The notes under the pieces were generated by a model. That model saw only the letters and a list, made by a program, of their open reading frames with translations. It was not told the origin of the DNA and did not search any database. This document shows, piece after piece, positions 53,794 through 63,515 of a stretch of DNA of 64,000 nucleotides. The stretch lies in contig CAVTEG010000006.1 of assembly GCA_963733815.1 (NCBI GenBank), forward strand, positions 289,956 through 353,955, read 5' to 3'. The translations under genes and the position numbers were made by a program. Position 1 is the stretch's first letter. Each line of letters opens with the position of its first letter. This stretch comes from an uncultured Acidobacteriota bacterium (GTDB taxonomy: Bacteria > Acidobacteriota > Thermoanaerobaculia > UBA5066 > Gp7-AA6).

Positions 53794-54777
53794 CTTTGAG
53801 AGCCACCCCGCACGCCGGTACCATTCCGCCGTCGCGCGGAGGCCGTCGGCCAGTCCGACGGGTTCCGGCAGCTCCAGGGCGCGCCGCATCGGGCCGCCGT
53901 CGCAAAGCCAATCCCCGGCGAGCAACTCCCGGGCTTTGTCCGCGTTGAATGGCCGGGACCGGCGGGTCAAAGCCTCGACGACAGTCTCCCCAACCCCGAG
54001 GAGCCGCACGGCCAATCCGGGCACGGTCACCACGCGGGGCTTCGTCCCGGTGGCGCCGGCGACGAGCCTCGCCAGATCCGCGAGCCGGATCGGTTCAGGG
54101 TCGGCCAGGAAGCCCGTTTTCCCCGCGAGGTCGCGGCGGGACGCCGCCCGCGCGATCGCGAGCGAGACTTGATCGACCCCCACGATCTGGATTCGCGACT
54201 TCGCCGCGGGGACGGGAAGAAACCCGGAGGCCGCCAGGCGGAAGTAGGTCAGGAGGCCCGGATCGCCGGGACCGTAAACGACCGCGGGACGCAGGACGAT
54301 CCAGGGCCCTTTCCAACTCCTCGCCAGCGCCTCTTCCCCCTCTTGCTTGGACAGGCCGTACCAGGAGACGGGACGCGCCGCGTCACCGTCGTTGACGGGA
54401 CGGCCGTCGAGAGCGGGACCCGCGGCCGCCTGGGACGACACGAGGACGAATACCGCTTCCGGCGACGTCTTCGAAGCCGCCGCAATCAAACGCTCGGTTC
54501 CGAGAACATTGACCTCCCGATAGGCGTAGAGGGATCTTGCTTTGACAAGACCCGCAACGTGCACGACCGCCGCCGCGCCCGAGGCCGCTCGCTCGAGAAC
54601 GCTCGAGTCGGACAGATCGCCCGCGACGACTTCGCAGTCCAGCCCCTTCAGCAATCCCGTGCGGGCGCGTTGCGGGTCGCGCGCGAGCAGGCGCACCTTC
54701 CATCCTGTGTTCACCAGCACGCGCGCCACGTGGCCGCCCACGAAACCGGTTCCCCCCGTGACCAGCGCCAGTGCCAT
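53782..54777 (-). CDS. NAD-dependent epimerase/dehydratase-family (extended SDR) protein
   Basis: MALALVTGGTGFVGGHV...YGLSK (YxxxK). 331 aa. Confidence 0.85.
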   Translation of the reverse strand: MALALVTGGTGFVGGHVARVLVNTGWKVRLLARDPQRARTGLLKGLDCEVVAGDLSDSSVLERAASGAAAVVHVAGLVKARSLYAYREVNVLGTERLIAAASKTSPEAVFVLVSSQAAAGPALDGRPVNDGDAARPVSWYGLSKQEGEEALARSWKGPWIVLRPAVVYGPGDPGLLTYFRLAASGFLPVPAAKSRIQIVGVDQVSLAIARAASRRDLAGKTGFLADPEPIRLADLARLVAGATGTKPRVVTVPGLAVRLLGVGETVVEALTRRSRPFNADKARELLAGDWLCDGGPMRRALELPEPVGLADGLRATAEWYRRAGWLSKPEK

Positions 54778-54835
54778 CGTCGAGCCGAATTGTATTGACT
54801 CGGCCGTCCCCGCCGGAGAGCATTCCGGCAACTCC

Positions 54836-56935
54836 ATGCGTGCCCTCGTCCCCGGTCTTGGCGGAAGCCTGCTCCCTGCGCTGCTGGCGGCCGTCGGGGC
54901 GGCTCCGGTGCAGGCCGCCGCGCCGGTGCGTCCGCCGGTCGTCGAGTACACGATCGAGGTATCGCTCGATCCCGCTTCGAAGACCCTGGACGGCAAGGAA
55001 CGCCTCGTCTGGCGCAACCCCTCCAACGACCGCGTGGGCGAGCTGCGTTTCCACCTTTACTTGAACGCATTCAAGAACACCCAGTCGACGTTGGTTCGCG
55101 AGTCGGGCGGCCAGCTTCGCGGCGACCGGATGGGCGAGAAGAAGGACGACTGGGGCTGGATCGACGTTCTCTCGATGAAGGCGGGCGGTCAGGATCTGAG
55201 GCCTGGAGCCCGGTTCATTCAACCCGACGGAAACAACCCCGAAGACGAAACGGTCCTCTCCGTTCCGCTGCCCTCGCCGGCGCCGCCCCATGGAGAGATC
55301 ACGCTCGAGATCGCCTTCCGCGCAAAGCTCCCCCGGGTCTTTGCGCGCACCGGGTTCGTCCGCGACTACTTCCTGGTCGGACAGTGGTACCCGAAGATCG
55401 GCGTCTACGAGCCGGCCGGCATGCGGGGACGCACGGCGGGCGGCTGGAACTGCCACGCGTTTCACGCGGATTCCGAGTTCTACGCCGATTTCGGCGACTT
55501 CGACGTCTCGTTCGACGTCCCGTCGAATTTCGTGGTGGGGGCGACGGGCAAGCGGGTCGCCGAAACGCGCAAGGGCAATCGCACCACCTACCGCTACATC
55601 CAGAAGGACGTCCACGACTTCGCATGGACGGCGGACCCGCGCTTTCTCGTGACCGAGTTCCCATTCGATCCGGCGCGCGACGTTCCCGCCGGTTGGAGAG
55701 CGAAAGCCGCGGAGGAGCTCGGGATGAGCGAAGCCGAGATCGCTCTAAAACCGATTTCGGTGCGTCTCCTCCTCCAGCCCGGGCACGAAGGGGCCCGCGC
55801 GCGCTACATCCGCTCCACGAAGGAAGCCATCTCGTACTACGGGCTCTGGTACGGCGCATACCCGTACGAGACGCTGACGGTGGTGGATCCGCCGGACGAC
55901 GGAACCGGGTCGGAAGGCATGGAGTATCCGACGTTCTTCACCGGAGGTCTCTCCAGCGCCCGGATGACGCGGTGGCCGCTGTCCGGAGTCCGGGGCGTGG
56001 AGGTGGTGACGGTCCACGAATACGGACACCAGTACTGGTACGGCATGGTGGGCTCCAACGAATTCGAAGAGTCCTGGCTGGACGAGGGCCTCAACGACGA
56101 CTCCGAGCACCGCACGATGACGATGGCGTACGGTCCCCGCGACTCGATCAATTTGCCGGGAGGCTTCGGCGTGGACTCGATCTCGCTGGTGCACGAGCAG
56201 TACACGCACGTGGACAACCTCGACCCGATCCGCAAGTGCGCCTGGTGCTTCTTCTCGGGCGGCTCGTACGGCATCAATTCCTACTACAAGGTCGGCCTCT
56301 TCATGGCCCAGTTGAAGAACGACCTCGGAGCCAGAGCGTTCTCGCGCGCGCAGCGCGACTACTTCCAGACATGGTCGTTCCGCCACCCGACGACGTCTGA
56401 CTTCTTCGACACCTTCGAAAAGAGCACCGGCCGGGACCTCTCCGAATACCGCCGCAACGTGGTGGAGGGCACGTCCCGCCTGGACTGGAAGGTTGCGACA
56501 GCGAGGTCCCGGCGTACTCGCGAGCCTGAGGGCGTCTTCGACCGGCCCGGAGGACGAGTCACGCTCGAGGAAAAGGACGAGCACGACGCCAGGACCTGGG
56601 AGACGACCGTCGTTTTCGGCAACGTCGGTGAGTGGCCGCACGGGGCGCAGGCGCGCCTGGTCTTTCAGAACGGGGTGGTCGTCAACCGCGCGCTCCCCGC
56701 AGAGGCGAAATGGGTCCGCTACCGGATTCCGAGCTACAAGTCGAAGCTCGCCTACGCCGTCGTCGATCCGGACCGCAAGAACGTCTGGGACTGGAGCTAC
56801 CTCAACAACTCCAGGGTCCTCGCGACGGGCAAGGGAGCGGCCAACACCTACGGAAAGCGCGCCGTCGTCAAATACACGGGCTGGATCGCATGGCTCTCCG
56901 GCGTCTGGTCGCAGCTGCTGTGGGCGCTGGCGTGA
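54836..56935 (+). CDS. Secreted M1-family zinc metallopeptidase
   Basis: Signal peptide. VHEYGHQYWYGMVGSNEFEESWLDEGLN (HExxH-18-E). C-terminal hydrophobic tail. Confidence 0.85.
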   Translation: MRALVPGLGGSLLPALLAAVGAAPVQAAAPVRPPVVEYTIEVSLDPASKTLDGKERLVWRNPSNDRVGELRFHLYLNAFKNTQSTLVRESGGQLRGDRMGEKKDDWGWIDVLSMKAGGQDLRPGARFIQPDGNNPEDETVLSVPLPSPAPPHGEITLEIAFRAKLPRVFARTGFVRDYFLVGQWYPKIGVYEPAGMRGRTAGGWNCHAFHADSEFYADFGDFDVSFDVPSNFVVGATGKRVAETRKGNRTTYRYIQKDVHDFAWTADPRFLVTEFPFDPARDVPAGWRAKAAEELGMSEAEIALKPISVRLLLQPGHEGARARYIRSTKEAISYYGLWYGAYPYETLTVVDPPDDGTGSEGMEYPTFFTGGLSSARMTRWPLSGVRGVEVVTVHEYGHQYWYGMVGSNEFEESWLDEGLNDDSEHRTMTMAYGPRDSINLPGGFGVDSISLVHEQYTHVDNLDPIRKCAWCFFSGGSYGINSYYKVGLFMAQLKNDLGARAFSRAQRDYFQTWSFRHPTTSDFFDTFEKSTGRDLSEYRRNVVEGTSRLDWKVATARSRRTREPEGVFDRPGGRVTLEEKDEHDARTWETTVVFGNVGEWPHGAQARLVFQNGVVVNRALPAEAKWVRYRIPSYKSKLAYAVVDPDRKNVWDWSYLNNSRVLATGKGAANTYGKRAVVKYTGWIAWLSGVWSQLLWALA

Positions 56936-57870
56936 TGGAACGGAAACAAACGCCGGTCGCGGCGGGATTCGCGGCTCTCTCGCACCAGAAGCTGGTGCTG
57001 CTGCTCGCCGTGACGTCGGCCCTTCTGGGGCTGACGGCCGCGATGCCAGCGCTGCCCACGCTGCAGGAATGGGTTGGAGGCACGCTCGCGGGCGACGCCT
57101 TCGTGCGCAACCATCCGACGCAGGCCCCCGGGCTCTTCTTCGACCTCGTTCAGGAGAAATGGCCCGCGTTCGCCGGCATGCGCCGCACCGCGGGGTGGAT
57201 GGGGGCGATCGGAGTCGTGCTGCAGATGTTCTTCGCGGGAGGCATCGTCGCGGTGCTCGGGCGAGGCCGATTCGGTTTCGGCCAGTTCCTGGAACCCGCG
57301 CGGCGGAACTTCTGGCACAACGTCAAGTGCTTCTTCGTCTTCGCCCTGCTGTCGCTTCTCCTGCTCGGAATCTGGATCGGCGCGACGTTCGTCGGCGGAC
57401 GAAAGCTCGTGGAGCAGTCGCCGCCCGACGCGTCGGTGAGAACACTCCTGATGTGGATCTGCCTGATCGGGGCCGTCCTCCTCTTCGCCGCGCTGTCCCT
57501 GATCTACGATTTCGCCCGGGCCGCTCGGCGCTACGCGGGAATCGGAGCTCTCCGAAGCTACCGCTTCGCCTGGCATGCGCTCTCGGGAGCGTGGCTGCGC
57601 GCCCTGGGACTCTGGTTCTTCTGGGCCGTTCTCGGGGGCGCCGCCGTGCTCGTCGCGTTCTTCCTGGCGTGGGTAATGCCGGCGGCCTCCCCACTCGCAA
57701 TCCTCGTGATGCTCGTCCTGCAGTTCGGTGTGCTCTGGCTCCGTTCCGCCGTGCGGGTCGCCGCGTGGGGATCCTACGTGGAATTCCTGGACGGCCGCGC
57801 GCGGGGCGCCATCGCGGCGACGGCACGAATCCGGTACACGGTCGCGGCCACGGCTCCCTCGTCTCTCTAG
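56935..57870 (+). CDS. Hypothetical integral membrane protein
   Basis: The ATG overlaps the M1 peptidase stop by 1 nt. Multiple hydrophobic helices. Confidence 0.6.
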   Translation: MERKQTPVAAGFAALSHQKLVLLLAVTSALLGLTAAMPALPTLQEWVGGTLAGDAFVRNHPTQAPGLFFDLVQEKWPAFAGMRRTAGWMGAIGVVLQMFFAGGIVAVLGRGRFGFGQFLEPARRNFWHNVKCFFVFALLSLLLLGIWIGATFVGGRKLVEQSPPDASVRTLLMWICLIGAVLLFAALSLIYDFARAARRYAGIGALRSYRFAWHALSGAWLRALGLWFFWAVLGGAAVLVAFFLAWVMPAASPLAILVMLVLQFGVLWLRSAVRVAAWGSYVEFLDGRARGAIAATARIRYTVAATAPSSL

Positions 57871-59054
57871 CGGCCGGCCCACTCCGCGAAGCGCCGCACG
57901 CCTTCGCGGATCCGCTCCCGGCTGCTCGAGAAGGAGAAGCGCACGCAGCGATCGTCGCCGAAGGCGTCTCCGGGCACCACGGCGACGTGCCCCTCGGCCA
58001 GGAGCTTGTCGCAGAATCCGACCGAGCCTTCGACGCCCTTGCGGGCGTAGAGCGCCGAGACGTCGGGAAAAGCGTAGAAGGCACCCTCGGGCATCGGGCA
58101 GCGCAGGCCAGGGACCGCCGACAGGCCCTCGACCATCACTCCGCGGCGAGCGGCATAACGCTCCAGCATCTCATCCACCGACGACCGCGAGCTCTCCAAG
58201 TCCGTCAGGGCTTCGAGCACGGCGGCCTGGGAGATCGAAGAGGCGTTCGACGTCGTGTGACTCTGGTAAGACGCCATCGCCGTCACGAGCGCCGGCGCGC
58301 CGACGGCCCAGCCGAGCCGCCATCCCGTCATCGCGAACGTCTTCGACGCCGCCCCGGTGACGACGATGCGCTCGTATTTCGGAAACAGCGCGGCGGCCGA
58401 GGCGTGGCGGCGGCCGTCGAAGACGAACCGGTCGTACGTCTCGTCGTAGATCAACCATGCGTCGCGCGCCGCGCACCAGTCGACGATCCGGGACAGCTCC
58501 TCCGCGGGCACGACGGCGCCCGTCGGGTTATTGGGCGTGTTGAGGATAACCCCCCGCACTCCCTGGGCCGATTTTTCGAGTGCCGCGGCGGTGGCGTGCC
58601 ACCCGGTCTCCAGCGGCGTGTCCACCAGGACGGGACGCGCGCCCGTCAGGTGCAGCATCTCCGGGAAGGACACCCAGTACGGCGAGAACAGCGCGACCGC
58701 GTCGCCGTCGTCGAAGATCGCCTGGCACACGTTGAAGACCGCCTGCTTTGCGCCCGCAGTGACGATGACGTTCTCGCGCTGGACGGGGGCGTTCTGCTCG
58801 CGGGCGTACTTGGCCGCGATTGCATCGCGGAGGGCGGCCTCTCCCGCCACGTCGGTGTACTTGGTGCGGCCGTTCTCGATGGCCTTGATTCCGGCGCGGC
58901 CGACGTGATCCGGCGTCCCGAAGTCGGGCTCCCCGATCGAAAAATCCACGACGTCCACGCCGGACGCCGCAAGAGCACGGGCCTTCTTGGCCGTGGCCGT
59001 GGTCGAGGACGGCGTCAGCGTGGAGATCCGCCGCGAGAGCCGGGCTCCGCTCAT
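57867..59054 (-). CDS. Aspartate/aromatic aminotransferase (class I PLP)
   Basis: DFSIGEPDF..., NTPNNPTG, YDETY, SKTFAMTGWRLG. Confidence 0.88.
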   Translation of the reverse strand: MSGARLSRRISTLTPSSTTATAKKARALAASGVDVVDFSIGEPDFGTPDHVGRAGIKAIENGRTKYTDVAGEAALRDAIAAKYAREQNAPVQRENVIVTAGAKQAVFNVCQAIFDDGDAVALFSPYWVSFPEMLHLTGARPVLVDTPLETGWHATAAALEKSAQGVRGVILNTPNNPTGAVVPAEELSRIVDWCAARDAWLIYDETYDRFVFDGRRHASAAALFPKYERIVVTGAASKTFAMTGWRLGWAVGAPALVTAMASYQSHTTSNASSISQAAVLEALTDLESSRSSVDEMLERYAARRGVMVEGLSAVPGLRCPMPEGAFYAFPDVSALYARKGVEGSVGFCDKLLAEGHVAVVPGDAFGDDRCVRFSFSSSRERIREGVRRFAEWAGR

Positions 59055-60253
59055 GCGCGCCCCTGCCACGAGTGGGCGAACGCCTGGAAGGCCCGGATCT
59101 TCCTCTTTCCGGCGACGATGAGGCCGACTTCGAGCGCGATCCAGGCTCCGTAGACCCACAGCATGTCATGCCGGAGGGAGGGAACCGCGAACTGGACGAT
59201 CCACAGCACGAAGAGCCCGGTGGCCTCGACGGCCTCGAAGCTCATCGAAGCCAGGAAGAGCCAGCCCAGGAACGCCTGGAGGATCGTCAGAAGGATCTCC
59301 AGCCGCTGGAACTGGTCGAACGGAAGAGACGAGGTATCGCCATGGCTCCAACAGTAGATCACCGCCAGCAGTCCCGAAAGCACGCCCCACTGGTTGATGT
59401 TGGAAGACACCATGTTCATCAGGGCGACCGGAGCGCGCGTGATGCGGCGCGCCCAGGTAAATGCCGAGGTCTTCTCCGGAAACTCCGAGATGAAGGGCGC
59501 GACCCACTGGATGAAGACGAACTGCGAAAAGCCCAGGCTCACGGCCACCGCCAGCATGGAGTTCAGGAACGGCTCGGCGACGATGAAAATGATCGCGCCT
59601 CCGACAACGAAGAGCCCCAGCACGGCGGCCCAGCGCTTCCAGCCCGAGAAGGACAGGGCCCAGCGCGACACTCTCGGTATCTCCTCGTGCTCCTCTTCGG
59701 TGTTCTCGCGGGGCGGAAGGCGAAGGAGCACGATCAGGTAGACCACGTAGGTCGTTGTCAAGACGGCCGCATCGATGAGCCCCAGGCTGGCCTTGGCCCA
59801 CACGATCACGAAATAGAGCAGCGGCGGCAGAAGGCCGAGGACCTCGACGGCGTGGTCGTCGTGCAGGTGGATGGCGCCGAGCTTCTTGCCGCGCTTCCGG
59901 CGCGAGGAGAAGGCGGCGACCGCGTAGATCATGGGCCACCCGAAACCGGTCAGAAGCCGCAGGCTGCCCGTGAAGTTGGCGATCGCGAGGTGCACCATCT
60001 CCGGGTTCTTGCCGGCCTTCCACGCGATCACGGCCTCGACGGCGAACTCGGGCATCGTCTGGATTAGGGCCAGGATGGCGAGCGCGAGACCCTGCGAGAT
60101 CAGGAACTCGGCCGCCTCCGCGCCCCAGGCCACGACGAACGCCGCTCCGATCATGGCGGGGAACGTCCAGAGCGCGGTCCACGGAGACGCCGCGTGGCCT
60201 CCGTGCTCGACGATCGGCGCGAGCCTCGAGGCGCCGCGCAGCCATTTCATCAT
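59051..60253 (-). CDS. Integral membrane protein, cation/Ca2+ exchanger (CaCA)-like
   Basis: About 10 TM helices with a central charged loop (PPRENTEEEHEEIP) and alpha-repeat-like ..LIQTMPEFAVE.. / ..WVAPFISEFPEK.. Confidence 0.65.
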   Translation of the reverse strand: MMKWLRGASRLAPIVEHGGHAASPWTALWTFPAMIGAAFVVAWGAEAAEFLISQGLALAILALIQTMPEFAVEAVIAWKAGKNPEMVHLAIANFTGSLRLLTGFGWPMIYAVAAFSSRRKRGKKLGAIHLHDDHAVEVLGLLPPLLYFVIVWAKASLGLIDAAVLTTTYVVYLIVLLRLPPRENTEEEHEEIPRVSRWALSFSGWKRWAAVLGLFVVGGAIIFIVAEPFLNSMLAVAVSLGFSQFVFIQWVAPFISEFPEKTSAFTWARRITRAPVALMNMVSSNINQWGVLSGLLAVIYCWSHGDTSSLPFDQFQRLEILLTILQAFLGWLFLASMSFEAVEATGLFVLWIVQFAVPSLRHDMLWVYGAWIALEVGLIVAGKRKIRAFQAFAHSWQGRA

Positions 60254-60270
60254 CGGGGGCGGGTTATAGC

Positions 60271-61038
60271 ATGGTCGCTGTGCCGGCGATCGAATCCGCG
60301 TCCAATCCGTTGATCCGGGAAATCGCGCGCAGCCTCGACGAGCACACGCACCTGCTTCTCGAGGGAGAGAAGACCATCCTCGACGCGGTCGCCGCGGGAA
60401 TCACGCTCGATCACGTCCTGCACGACGCGAGCGTGCGGCCCGGCCGCCTCGCCGCACTGACCTCCGCGCATCCGCGCCTGGTCTCGCGTGCCGTGCTCGA
60501 GCGGCTGGCGGACTCGAAGACGCCGCAGCATCTCCTCGCGATCGCGCGGAGGCGCGACGTGCCGGTCGCCGAGATTCTCGAACGGAGCGGTCCGGTCGTC
60601 TTCGTCTTCGGAATCCAGGATCCCGGGAATCTCGGCGCGATCGTCCGCGTCGCGGAAGCCGCGGGAAGCGCGGGAGTCCTGGGAGCTCCGGGCACGGCCG
60701 ACTTCTTCCATCCCCGCGCCGTGCGCGCGAGCGCGGGGAGCGTGCTCCGAGTTCCGGTTTCCGGCCGCGTCTCCTTCGAGCCGTTCGCCGCCGACGCGAA
60801 GGCGGCCGGCCGGCCGATCTGCGGTGCGGTCTCGATCGGCGGCGAGGACGCCCTGACCTCGCCCCTTCCGAATCGGTCGGTTCTCGTGGTGGGCACCGAA
60901 GGCTCGGGCCTCCCCGCCGGCGCCTATCGTTTCCTGGACCGCAAGCTCACGATTCCGATGCGTCCGCCGGTGGATTCGTTGAACGCGGCCGTCGCCACGG
61001 CTCTCTTGCTCTATTCGCCGGCTTTGGCGCGTTCTTAG
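60271..61038 (+). CDS. TrmH/SpoU-family RNA 2'-O-methyltransferase
   Basis: GIQDPGNLGAIVRVAEAAG, VVGTEGSGLP, IPMRPPVDSLNAAVATAL. Confidence 0.85.
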   Translation: MVAVPAIESASNPLIREIARSLDEHTHLLLEGEKTILDAVAAGITLDHVLHDASVRPGRLAALTSAHPRLVSRAVLERLADSKTPQHLLAIARRRDVPVAEILERSGPVVFVFGIQDPGNLGAIVRVAEAAGSAGVLGAPGTADFFHPRAVRASAGSVLRVPVSGRVSFEPFAADAKAAGRPICGAVSIGGEDALTSPLPNRSVLVVGTEGSGLPAGAYRFLDRKLTIPMRPPVDSLNAAVATALLLYSPALARS

Positions 61039-61055
61039 GCGAGGGTCTCCCGGGG

Positions 61056-61072
61056 CCGCGAACGTTTCGCGG
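61056..61072. terminator. Short hairpin between convergent genes (CCGCGAA-CGT-TTCGCGG)
   Basis: 7-bp perfect stem, with no clear U-tract. Confidence 0.3.
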
Positions 61073-61107
61073 AACGACCCGCTTCTTCTGCCGATTTCCG
61101 ATGCCCT

Positions 61108-61668
61108 TCATTCGGAGAACACTTCCGCGCCAAATGCCCACAGCCGCGTGCCCGGCGCGCGCCAGTCTCCTGGTTTGAGACCCGCTTTCTCGCAGACGGC
61201 GTCGAGGAAGCGCGGGGCGTCGAATCCCCACTCGGTCGCCACCTGCGGCAGGAGGAGTCCGCGACGCCGTCCGGCCTCCAGGATCAATCCCTCCTGGCCG
61301 ATGGCGATGTCCTCGGGACCCTCGATCGGCCGCGCGGGAGTGAGGACCGAGATCTCGATCGTGCACTGCGGAAGCTCGTCGGGGGCGAGCGGCGGAAACC
61401 GCGGATCCTCGAACGCCGAGCGGAGCGCGAACTGCGGCACGATCCGGGTCAGGTCGCCGTCCGAGGAGAGCGTTCCGATGCAGCCGCGCAGCTGGTCCCC
61501 TTTCCGCAGCGTCACGAAAAGGCCGCGCGCCTCGCCGAACGTCTCGGCCCGGTCCGAGTCGAGCCGCGGCGGAGGTCCTCCAGAGAAGTGGGCCTCGAGC
61601 GCGGCTCGCGCCAGGTAGAGGAGATCCTTCCTCGCTTGCTCCGACAGCGGCGGCGCAACGTCGCTCAC
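61108..61668 (-). CDS. AMMECR1-domain protein
   Basis: GLFVTLRKGDQLRGCIGT...ISVLT...LLPQVA. The GTG overlaps the upstream stop. Confidence 0.85.
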   Translation of the reverse strand: MSDVAPPLSEQARKDLLYLARAALEAHFSGGPPPRLDSDRAETFGEARGLFVTLRKGDQLRGCIGTLSSDGDLTRIVPQFALRSAFEDPRFPPLAPDELPQCTIEISVLTPARPIEGPEDIAIGQEGLILEAGRRRGLLLPQVATEWGFDAPRFLDAVCEKAGLKPGDWRAPGTRLWAFGAEVFSE

Positions 61669-62315
61669 GGGCCGGCTCCCGCCGGCGCCGTCGCGCGCGG
61701 AAACGCCAGGAGAAAGTCCTCCACTGCCGCGCCGAACTCGTCGAGCTTGCCTTCGAAGAAATGGCCCGTTTCCGGAATGACGACCAGGCGATGCCGGCCG
61801 CCCAGCCAATGCTCGACCTCCCGTGGAGGTCCGAACGCATCGCGCTCCCCCGTGATGAAGAGAGCCGGGGCCTCGGGCAGCGGCACGCCGCGTCCCGATT
61901 CCGTGACGACGGGAAGCCCCGCGACGATCCATGTCTCGATGCGCGGGTCGCGGGAAGCGGCCTTCAGCGCCGTCGCCGCCCCGAAGGAGAATCCGCCGGC
62001 CGCCATCGGCAGCCCGGCCGTGCGCTCGGCCTCCGCCAGGGCGGCCCGAAAATCGTCCATCTCGCCGCGGCCCTCGTCGTAGCGCCCGTCGGAGAGACCC
62101 ACGCCGCGGAAGTTGAACCGGAGCGTTTCGAATCCCGAGCGGGACAGCGCCTGCGAGGCTCGATAGACCACCTTGTTGTGCAGCGTTCCGCCGTGCATGG
62201 GGTGCGGATGCGCGAAGACGGCCGAGCCGCGGCGCTCGGCGAGGGGCTCCTTCCACAGACCTTCGAGCCGGCCGGCCGGTCCCGGAAACGTCACGGTGCG
62301 AACGTGTCCCGTCAT
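61665..62315 (-). CDS. Alpha/beta hydrolase (small, serine-aminopeptidase S33-like)
   Basis: FAHPHPMHGGTLHNKV...GFSFGA (GxSxG)...PETGHFF. 216 aa. Confidence 0.8.
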   Translation of the reverse strand: MTGHVRTVTFPGPAGRLEGLWKEPLAERRGSAVFAHPHPMHGGTLHNKVVYRASQALSRSGFETLRFNFRGVGLSDGRYDEGRGEMDDFRAALAEAERTAGLPMAAGGFSFGAATALKAASRDPRIETWIVAGLPVVTESGRGVPLPEAPALFITGERDAFGPPREVEHWLGGRHRLVVIPETGHFFEGKLDEFGAAVEDFLLAFPRATAPAGAGP

Positions 62316-62453
62316 AGCGACTTCATCTCCGCATCGAGCCCGGGATCCCTCCGTCCGCTCGGGACGACGCGCCCCTGACGCGTCGCTTTGGCGAATCGCC
62401 CGTCTCATCGTATCCTTCCCGCCGTCCTGCCTTGATCGGAACAGGAGACCGGG

Positions 62454-63515
62454 ATGAAGAAGATCGTCCACATCGTCGGGACGGGCACGATCGGGGAGCC
62501 GCTGATCGGGCTCTTCACGGACTTCGGGAAGTCCCTGGGCGTCGACGAGGTCACGTTCCACAAGCGCACACCGATGACGACCGAACGCGCCAAGGTCAAC
62601 CACTTGATGGAACGCGGCGCGCGGCTCGCCGTCGACTCCGACAAGGTCGCCGACTTCGAGGCCCTCGGGCACAAGGTCGGCTACGACGCCCAGGAAGCCC
62701 TCGAGCGGGCCACCGTCGTGATCGACTGCACCCCGGCCGGCAACGAGAACAAGAAAGTCTACGAAAAGACCTCGGGTCCCAAGGGCTTTCTCGCGCAGGG
62801 CAGCGAGTTCGGCTTCGGCAAGATGTACGCGATGGGAATCAACGACGAGGCGCTGATCCCCGGACAGGATCGGTTCCTTCAAATCGTCTCCTGCAACACC
62901 CACAACATCGCCTGCCTGGTCCAGACTCTCGGGACCGACGAGTCGGGCGCGCGGATTCTGGACCGCGGACGGTTCGTGTGCATGCGCCGGTCCAACGATG
63001 TCTCGCAGGACTCCGGCTTCGCGCCGGCGCCTTCCGTCGGAAAGCACGACGATCCCGAGTTCGGGACGCATCACGCCCGCGACGCCTCGGCGTTGCTGTC
63101 GACGATCGGCTGGAAGCCGCCGATCTTCTCCTCGGCGATGAAGCTCAACACCCAGTACATGCATTCCCTGTGGTTCGACATGGATCTCTCCAAGCCCACT
63201 TCGAAGGAGAAGGTCATGGCGAAACTGCGAGCGAACCGGCGCATTGCCCTGACTGAACGCCGTTCGGCCAATCAGATCTTCTCGTTCGGGCGCGACCACG
63301 GCTACTACGGCCGTATCCTGTCTCAGGCGGTCATCGCCTCTCCCACGATCGCGATTCGAGGAGAGAAGGAGATCGTCGGCTTCTGCTTCACGCCGCAGGA
63401 CGGCAACTCGCTTGCGTCTTCGATCGCGGCGGCGCTCTGGCTCATGGATCCCGACCGCGAGGCGCTCTCGGCCCACATGGCAACTCTGGAGCGCTTTTTC
63501 TTCCACGAAATCTGA
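62454..63515 (+). CDS. Type II (archaeal-type) glyceraldehyde-3-phosphate dehydrogenase-like oxidoreductase
   Basis: MKKIVHIVGTGTIGEP (Rossmann), IVSCNTHNIACLV (catalytic Cys context as in archaeal SCNTT), RRSNDVSQD, HHARD. AGGAG lies before the ATG. Confidence 0.7.
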   Translation: MKKIVHIVGTGTIGEPLIGLFTDFGKSLGVDEVTFHKRTPMTTERAKVNHLMERGARLAVDSDKVADFEALGHKVGYDAQEALERATVVIDCTPAGNENKKVYEKTSGPKGFLAQGSEFGFGKMYAMGINDEALIPGQDRFLQIVSCNTHNIACLVQTLGTDESGARILDRGRFVCMRRSNDVSQDSGFAPAPSVGKHDDPEFGTHHARDASALLSTIGWKPPIFSSAMKLNTQYMHSLWFDMDLSKPTSKEKVMAKLRANRRIALTERRSANQIFSFGRDHGYYGRILSQAVIASPTIAIRGEKEIVGFCFTPQDGNSLASSIAAALWLMDPDREALSAHMATLERFFFHEI

